NCBI GenBank assembly: GCA_050175015.1
Contig: JBFXJJ010000004.1
Coordinates: forward strand, 145,304 to 209,303
Direction of reading: 5' to 3'
Length of the DNA stretch: 64,000 nt
Source of the DNA: Alphaproteobacteria bacterium
GTDB taxonomy: Bacteria; Pseudomonadota; Alphaproteobacteria; JBFXJJ01
Each line of letters starts with the position of its first letter. The first letter of the stretch is position 1. A program made the position numbers and the translations under genes. The notes beneath the pieces are model-generated. The model had not been told where the DNA came from and did no database searches. It saw only the letters and a program-made list of their open reading frames with translations. This document shows, piece after piece, positions 57,198 through 64,000 of the stretch.

Positions 57198-57458
57198 TTA
57201 AATACCCAAGTTATTAAACATATCTTCGGTATTTTCAAAATACTCAAGATTTTCGCCATTCTCGGTTTCTTGTAGAGTTTTAACGGTTTCGGCATTTGGA
57301 ACTTTTACTTCAAAAGGCAAGGCATTTTCAGTTGCCACCCTGACTAATAACATGCGGACAGCATCAGATATTGATAGCCCCATTGCGGAAAGCGAGCGAT
57401 TTGCTCTTTCCTTAACTTTTTCATCTACACGAACATGAACCATTGCAGTTGTAGGCAT
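57198..57458 (-). CDS. dinJ: RelB/DinJ-family antitoxin
   Basis: VHVRVDEKVK, MGLSISDAVRMLL, LPFEVKVPNAET; directly upstream of yafQ. Confidence 0.9.
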   Translation of the reverse strand: MPTTAMVHVRVDEKVKERANRSLSAMGLSISDAVRMLLVRVATENALPFEVKVPNAETVKTLQETENGENLEYFENTEDMFNNLGI

Positions 57459-57632
57459 AATTTTATCTCCCTTATGTAATACATTGTATCTCAATAAGGA
57501 TAAAAAAGCAATGGTTTAAAAGTTTTTCTAATTTCTTAATACCTTCAAACAATTTTTTGAGCGTTCTGATAATTGGTTTTGCAGAGCATCAATTATCGGA
57601 TTTTTCAAGCTAGGGGAGAGCCTGCTTAAAAT

Positions 57633-57884
57633 TTACCTATGAGCCTTGATATATTCTCTCAAAGCATCGTTTAGGGCAGTTTGATATTTTTCGTTTTTGC
57701 GTTTGAACCATTCAATAATATCGGCATCAAGTCTTATGGTTATGGGCTTTTTAATTGGTTTATAAAACTTGCTAATTTCTGCATTATCAAGCGAAGTTAT
57801 TTCTGGAATATCAGAATAATCAATATCATCATCTTTGATATTTTTAAGATTTTCTAACTGTTTTTTGCGACTTAAGTTTGTCAT
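57633..57884 (-). CDS. BrnA-family antitoxin
   Basis: DIDYSDIPE, KPIKKPITIRLDADIIEWF, YQTALNDALR. Confidence 0.9.
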   Translation of the reverse strand: MTNLSRKKQLENLKNIKDDDIDYSDIPEITSLDNAEISKFYKPIKKPITIRLDADIIEWFKRKNEKYQTALNDALREYIKAHR

Positions 57885-58155
57885 TGTATAAAGTCCTTTC
57901 TTTAGCATTGGCTTTGCGAGCCGATATAATCCTTATTCTGTTTTGCCTATCGGTATGGACGACTACAACAATATGCAAATCTGCTATTTTGCCTATGGTT
58001 AAATGCCTTGTTTCGCCATATTCCTTTCTGGCATCAATTATTGAAATATGGCTTTTGTCGGCAAAAACTTCTGATGCTAACTCAAAACTTATGCCGTGCT
58101 TTTCAATATTAGTAAGGCTTTTGTTATCGTCCCATTCAAAGCTTTCTGTTTTCAT
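57844..58155 (-). CDS. BrnT-family RNase toxin
   Basis: FEWDDNK...NIEKHGISF...YGETR...RIISARKA. Confidence 0.92.
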   Translation of the reverse strand: MKTESFEWDDNKSLTNIEKHGISFELASEVFADKSHISIIDARKEYGETRHLTIGKIADLHIVVVVHTDRQNRIRIISARKANAKERTLYNDKLKSQKTVRKS

Positions 58156-58209
58156 TTATTTATCTTTCGTATTATTATACATACAAAATTGTATTTACAC
58201 AATAATTAA

Positions 58210-59484
58210 TTAGCTCCGTTTAAATTCTAAAACTTTGTTTTCTTCTTCCGTTTTGCCGTTTAGAGCATTTTCGATGCGGAGGGAGATTTTGTCCGCCGCA
58301 CTTATCAGACTTGAATCAACATTATGGCTGTATCGGTTTGTAACCCCGCCCAAGCTATGCCCCAAAAGCCCCGCTATGGTTAATTCTGTAAAGCCCATAT
58401 CAGCCGCAACACTTGCAAAGCTATGCCTTAAAGTATGAAGAGAAATTTCTTTGGTTAAAAATGGTTCGCTAGTCTCTACATCTTGCATAGAGCAAATGCT
58501 TTTAAATGTTCTGGGAAGCCCTACGAGATGTTTAACATTATCGCTTGATGGGAAAACCCATTCGCTTTTTTTATGACTCTCTAATTCAAGCAAGAGATTT
58601 AAGGCACCCTGCCCGAAAGGTCTGGTTTGTTTACCTGTTTTGGTATCAGGGAAACGAAAGCACTTATTCTTAAAATCCACATATTCCCATTTTAATGTCA
58701 GAACCTCGTTTCTACGACAGCCTGTAAGCAACAAAAGTTTAACAGCATCAATAACCGTTTTATTCTTTGCTAGTCTCTTGGCTTCTCTTAAAGCCCCGCC
58801 AAGAGCTTCAATTTCTTCAATGGTTAGAAAAACATCTTTCTTGTTAGGAGCTGGCTTTTTGATACCGTGTGCAGGATTAAATTCTATAAGCTCCCGCCTT
58901 CTTGCAAACTCTAATATCGCTCCTAAAAGCTGAACTGTCCTTGAAGCCGCCGTCTCGCCCCCAGTTACTCTTGAAACACCTCTTTTTTTATCGCTCTTTG
59001 CAATTTTTCTGATTTTATCGCCTTTGATAATGTCATACATAAACTTTTCAATATCCCCTCGATTAAGAGTTTTAACGCCCCTTGTCCCGATTAAAGGCTT
59101 AATATGGGTTTCAATCCGCCCTCTATCGATTTGCAAAGTTGAGGCTTTTTTGTGATGCGTTCCCTCTTGCATATACCATTCGCAAAGCTCTGCAATCGTC
59201 AGAGCTTTTCTCGCTTCAATTTTATCTGATGCTGGGTCTTTGCCTTGTATAACTTCGGCAAGTTTTTCCTGTGCTAACTGTCGAGCTTGGTTGGGGGCTA
59301 AAATATTGGCATTTCCTAAGGTAAGTTTTTTGGTTCTTCCTTCAGCGTTACGGTATTTAATAATCCAAGAGCGTGCATTATTTTGAACTCTGTAACCAAA
59401 ACCGATAAGAGTATCGTCCCAGAATATTTTTTCACCCTTTTGTGAAGGGATATTATCAATAAATATTTTTGTAAGTTTAGGCAT
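58210..59484 (-). CDS. Tyrosine recombinase/integrase with arm-binding N-terminal domain
   Basis: WDDTLIGFG, TGCRRNE (R), DTKTG (K), HTLRHSF (HxxR), LLGH...TNRY. Confidence 0.96.
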   Translation of the reverse strand: MPKLTKIFIDNIPSQKGEKIFWDDTLIGFGYRVQNNARSWIIKYRNAEGRTKKLTLGNANILAPNQARQLAQEKLAEVIQGKDPASDKIEARKALTIAELCEWYMQEGTHHKKASTLQIDRGRIETHIKPLIGTRGVKTLNRGDIEKFMYDIIKGDKIRKIAKSDKKRGVSRVTGGETAASRTVQLLGAILEFARRRELIEFNPAHGIKKPAPNKKDVFLTIEEIEALGGALREAKRLAKNKTVIDAVKLLLLTGCRRNEVLTLKWEYVDFKNKCFRFPDTKTGKQTRPFGQGALNLLLELESHKKSEWVFPSSDNVKHLVGLPRTFKSICSMQDVETSEPFLTKEISLHTLRHSFASVAADMGFTELTIAGLLGHSLGGVTNRYSHNVDSSLISAADKISLRIENALNGKTEEENKVLEFKRS

Positions 59485-59662
59485 TTCAATTTCTCCAATT
59501 ACTGGTTCCTAAAAAATCCCAGGAACCACTCAGGAACCAGAATTTAGTAAACCATGAAGAAAACACTAAACGTTAAAATTTAAAAAGTAAAGATAAAACC
59601 CTTTATTTTCAACAGTTTTTACAGATAGCAACTTTTTACAAAAAGCCACAAAATATATGTCA

Positions 59663-59713
59663 ACTACGTTGACATCGTAGGGGTCACAAGTTCAATCCTT
59701 GTCGCGCCCACCA
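59663..59713 (+). other. attR: displaced 3' part of tRNA-Val
   Basis: ACTACGTTGACATCGTAGGGGTCACAAGTTCAATCCTTGTCGCGCCCACCA. Confidence 0.92.
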
Positions 59714-59942
59714 TTGAAAAATAAAGGCTTGTAGAGGTTTTGCAGGTCTTTTTCTTTTTTTCAATCCTCGACATTTACCAAGGAAACCAATCACACCAAT
59801 CATCATATTCCAAACTTAAAGATATGCCCTGCAAGCAGCTCCAACTAACAGCTTTAGGTTGCATTGTTAGCAATTGCATTACCTAATGATATGCAATATT
59901 ATATATAAAAAATATTGTTTAAATATATTTGGGGAAACATTC

Positions 59943-62900
59943 ATGCGTATTACAAAACCATATGGAAGAACTGAAACTAAGAAAGATAATAAACGTTATG
60001 TATGTGTAAAAGAAAAAAATAACCCTGATATAGAAAAACATATACAACAAGGGAAATATATTGATGCCCACGATTTAGTTGAAAACAAAAATGAACTAAT
60101 TATTGCTCAATGGATTTCAATTATTGATAAAATTGCAAAAAAACCCAAAAAAGGGAAAGCCACTAAGTCACAATTTGAGCTTAGAGATAATTTAGGAAAA
60201 GCTTGCTGGGAACGCTTAATTGAACAACACCCATTAATATCTAAATTTAAAGCAATATGGGATGAAAAAATCGCTCCATACCCAAAAGAAACAATTGATA
60301 AAAGGGGAGACGAAAAAGGCAAATGGTATGAAACATTTATAGGAAAAACGCCTTATCAAAATATAAACGCTGAAGATATTGCTGAAAAAATTTACCAGCA
60401 TCTTTATAAAAATGCTTATTGCTTAAATTCCAACAAGCTAAAGTTAAAAGGTCTTATTGAAGACAGAGCAGAAAGTATAACAAGCAACTTTTTTTCAGAA
60501 GGCAAAGAAGCAAAAAAAGAATTTTTAAAAACTTGGAATGATGAAACAGAAAAATACTACGAAAAAGAATTAGGCAATATAGCTAAAATTATTGCTGATA
60601 GAATAAACGATAACAGCCAAAAAAAGCGCCCCAATGCCATAGCGGGAGAAGAACTTTTTAATGTTTATGCCAAGCTTTTTGGAAAAAATGTTCAAAGAAA
60701 GAATATTCCAGAAAAAGACAAAGAACTTTTAAATCTTCATGATGTAATAAAAGATTTTTATGTCCGCTTATTAAAGAAAAACAAAAGCAAGCAGGTTTAT
60801 CAAAAACTGCCTAAAAATATGAAAGCTCTTTTTGAACTTATAGAAAAAAAACAAAAAAATCTTGATGTAAACAGTTTAATAAGACTTGGGAAAATCATTC
60901 ATTATGAAGCTCTTGAAAAAGGTAATGTTGTTGATAACTGGTGCACTAAAGAAGAAATTGAAAAAAGCGCTTATTGGCAAACAAACGGGCAGATATTAAT
61001 TAAACAAAACGAAGCGTTTGTCAGAGTTTGGATACATACATTAGCTCTATCAGCTCGCACTTTGAAAAGTTGTGCAGATCCTGAAAAATAGATTAAAGTT
61101 TATATTCTTCTTAAAGACAACAGAAAATCGGCAATAGACAAATTCAATGAAGATATTTTTGATAAAAAATTTAAGCTCTTATTTGGCAAAGATTTGAACG
61201 CGACTATAGATGAGGAAGAAGGACTTCTAGATAAGAAAAAAAATCTTCTTAAATTTGCTTTAGAAGGAATATCAAACCTTAGAAACAATTCTTTTCATTT
61301 TAGAAACCTTAATGATTTTATTAATGCTTTAAAAGTCATGCAAAAAAATAATTTCGTAAATGAGCTATGGGAAGAAGATTTAAAAAACAGACATCAACAG
61401 CTTTTAACAATCCTGCGTTCAGTTGAAATAAGCCATTTTTTTAATAAAGACGACGTTAAAATAATTATAGATACTATACAAAGCTCAGAAACCGCAATTA
61501 TCCCTCTTCCCAACTTTAAACGAATGATAAAAAGGAGGAATAATGTTTTTAAAATCGATGAAACTTTATTAGATGAAGAAAATCTTTGTCGATATACAAT
61601 CTTAAAACTTATTTATGACAAACCTTTTAAATCATGGCTTGAAAAGATTGACACTAAAACAATAAACAACTTTATTGATATGGCTGTAGAAAAATCTAAA
61701 AACGGAATAAAAAACGACAAAGAAAAAACCATTGTTGCCAAGGCAACAAAAATAAAAAAACTTGAAAATGAAGAAACAATATCAGATTTCTTTTTTAGAT
61801 TAACGGCGGAAACCGCAACCGAGATGCGTGTCCAAAAATTTTATGAAAGTGATTCAGAAAGCGCCAAAGAACAAGCTGAATATATTGAAAAACTAAAACT
61901 AGATGTTATATCTCTTGCCTTCAATGATTTTTTAGAAACAAATAATTTGCAATATATCTTAAAGAAAGGAAAAGCAGAAGAACCCCTTTTTGATTTTAAG
62001 ATAGATGAGTTCATCAAAACTAAGCGACAAGAAAGAAATTATTGTTGTTGGCAAAAGGGACTCTATTTTCTTGTTCATTTAGTCCCAGCGGGAGAAATCA
62101 ACGCTCTACTTCATCAAATGCAGAAATGGATAGTTTTAAACAACAAACTGGAAAAATCTTTTGATAAAAAAGCCAGAAATGAAAACGCGGAAAAGATAAC
62201 TCAAGCTTTAGAGCTTTACTTGGATATGCATGATTTTAACTTCAGCGGCAATGAAGAAAAAGAAATTGATAACAAGTTTCAAGACCTTTTCGAAAAAGAC
62301 GTTTTTAAAAAAGTTTTTGCAAACGATAAAGATCAAAAGGAGTTAGATAATCTTAGACGAGGACTGAGAGAAATAATGCGTTTTGGAGATGAAAAAGCTC
62401 TTTTCCCATTGTTTTTACAAAATAAAATAACAGGTGTTCAAATAACAGAATGGCTAGAATTAAAGGAAACAATTGAAGAAGCACAAAAAACAAGAAAAAA
62501 ACTACATAAAAATTATGCCAAGCAAAGAACTCTATCAATTGAAGATTTAAAAAAATATTCTAAATCTTTAAAAACCATCGTTAGATATGGCCATTTAAAC
62601 TCTCACATCAATTTAATCAATCACGTTAGACTTCATAAACTTATGATGTCGGTTTTAGGACGCCTGCTCGATTTCTCAGGGCTATGGGAAAGAGATTTGT
62701 ATTTTATCTCTCTGGCTCTTATGTATAAGCAGCACACTTGCCCAAAATGTGTTTTTGATAAAAGCAAGCAAGAATATCTTAAAGACGGGCAAATTGTTAT
62801 AGCTTTAAAAAATATAAAAATAAAAGATTTAAACGAATATATAAAATACTATAAAGATAAAAATGGCAATGAAAAAGGCATCGCTTCAGGGCATCGTAAT

Positions 62901-63314
62901 AATTTTGCTCATTTTGATATGCTGCAACATAATTGTCCGCCAAACCTAACTGATGAAGTTAATAAGGCAAGAGAACTTATGAATTATGACCGCAAATTAA
63001 AAAATGCCGTTAGCAAATCGATTATAGATTTAATCGCTAGAGAAGGTTTAACATTAGAATGGTCAATGGCTGACACTCATAACTTGGAAAAACCAACAAT
63101 AGAAACAAAACCAATTCTACATTTAAAAAATATTAAAAACTTAAATGATAAAATTGTAAAAGATAACCCTATTTTAACAGAAAACCAACATGGATATGAC
63201 TTTCTCAAAATGGTTGCAACTTTATTTGGTAATGGAGCAAAACAAACAAAAGATATAACAGATATTGATTTAGAAAAAATAAACTGGCAGGAGACTTTCT
63301 CAGCAAAAAAATAA
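59943..63314 (+). CDS. cas13a: Type VI-A CRISPR effector Cas13a, 1123 codons, interrupted by one in-frame TAG at 61089-61091
   Basis: Both listed ORFs share a frame with only the TAG between them; HEPN motifs RNNSFH (61281-61298) and RNNFAH (62895-62912); blocks IAQWISIIDKI, LTAETATEMRVQxxYESDSE, LLHQMQKW, HVRLHKLMMSVLGRL, YDRKLKNAV as I recall from Rhodobacter capsulatus-clade Cas13a; adjacent array. Confidence 0.93.
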
Positions 63315-63406
63315 AACAAAAATTGGAACAAAAAGAGAAATGGTGATAAAAAATTTGGCAAAAAGTTTAACAATAACAAACAATATCAAAAAGATATAAG
63401 ATAGCA

Positions 63407-64000
63407 GTTGAAGACTACCCCCATATAACGGGGGACTACACCCACAAACAATAGAACTAACAGTTATATTTTGTTGAAGACTACCCCCATATAACGGGGG
63501 ACTACACCTTAAGGACAACCTGTTGCCTTTGAGATTTAGTTGAAGACTACCCCCATATAACGGGGGACTACACCTTAAGTCTTTTAAATCAATAGTTGTT
63601 GCACGTTGAAGACTACCACCATATAACGGGGGACTACACCTATCTGATTTTTTGAAAGTGTTGGAACTAGGTTGAAGACTACCCCCATATAACGGGGGAC
63701 TACACCTGTCTGTTGATAAGCGATGTCGTCTTCGACGTTGAAGACTACCCCCATATAACGGGGGACTACACCTTATGTATAAAAAATAACTGTTGACAAG
63801 TTGTTGAAGACTACCCCCATATAACGGGGGACTACACCTTTTTTTATTCCTTTATATTTAACAACATAGTTGAAGACTACCCCCATATAACGGGGGACTA
63901 CACCCTATCATTATAGGATTAAAGTATATTCCCAGTTGAAGACTACCCCCATATAACGGGGGACTACACCTCAGCAATAATCAACTACACCGTATCTGCT
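63407..64000 (+). CRISPR. Type VI-A CRISPR array, 9 repeats and 9 spacers visible, probably continuing past the window
   Basis: 36-nt repeat GTTGAAGACTACCCCCATATAACGGGGGACTACACC at 63407, 63473, 63539, 63605, 63671, 63737, 63803, 63869, 63935 (period 66); CCCCC/GGGGG stem with AC bulge like Leptotrichia Cas13a repeats. Confidence 0.99.

Larger units (their letters stand above)
49985..59687. mobile_element. ~9.7 kb integrative mobilisable element in tRNA-Val
   Basis: 25-bp identical direct repeat ACTACGTTGACATCGTAGGGGTCAC at 49985-50009 and 59663-59687; contains integrase, Xis-like, MobC, relaxase and TA pairs; no conjugation-pore genes. Confidence 0.92.

Noticed and set aside
57528-57632. 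In-frame continuation after the brnA stop reading IIDALQNQLSERSKNCLK, reminiscent of RNA polymerase alpha-CTD (LSVRSxNCLK)
   Set aside because: Only 34 codons, no start codon, similarity too short to support
59759-59800. TTTCAATCC-starting sequence resembling a type I CRISPR repeat end
   Set aside because: Single occurrence, no periodic copies
59874-59942. TTG start at 59874 for cas13a
   Set aside because: ATG 59943 has an SD-like GGGGA and gives the family-like MRITKPYGRT N-terminus
61089-61091. Genome-wide TAG reassignment explaining the cas13a stop
   Set aside because: rpoB, rpoC, rplL and secE all end at TAG at their normal C-termini, so TAG is an ordinary stop here
63077-63518. Minus-strand ORFs over the cas13a end and the array
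   Set aside because: Shadow frames; the repeated CSPPLYGGSLQ is just the translated CRISPR repeat
63641-63670. Spacer 4 self-targeting the IS630 (both read LVPTL)
   Set aside because: Nucleotide similarity to 53390-53410 is short and has several mismatches; I saw no convincing protospacer in the window by eye
63984-63991. ACTACACC inside spacer 9 equals the repeat's last 8 nt
   Set aside because: A single 8-mer at the window edge; cannot be told from chance

Overview
Low-GC alphaproteobacterial (Rhodospirillales-like) chromosome segment. 1-20.1 kb is the canonical minus-strand translation/transcription cluster (tRNA-Tyr, tRNA-Gly, tuf, tRNA-Trp, secE, nusG, rplKAJL, rpoBC, rpsLG, fusA, tuf, rpsJ, rplCDW) with two apparently identical tuf copies. 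20.2-49.7 kb holds housekeeping and accessory genes (rlmB, lepA, murA, arcA, htpX/lemA, kbl/tdh, rpsD, rpoH, dapD, two TPR-methyltransferases, several orphans). A ~9.7 kb integrative mobilisable element is inserted in tRNA-Val(GAC) (att cores 49985-50009 and 59663-59687). It carries a tyrosine integrase, BrnTA and DinJ-YafQ toxin-antitoxin pairs, an Xis-like HTH, MobC, a MOB-P relaxase, a candidate oriT, an IS630, a frameshifted nitrilase and a stray tRNA-fMet att fragment. Directly beyond it is a type VI-A CRISPR-Cas locus. The two ORFs listed at 59874 and 61194 are one in-frame ~1123-codon cas13a (59943-63314, both HEPN RxxxxH motifs intact) interrupted by a single TAG at 61089. It is followed by an array of 36-nt repeats and 30-nt spacers that runs off the window; no cas1/cas2 is visible. 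Protein family calls rest on motif recognition only; no database searches were run.
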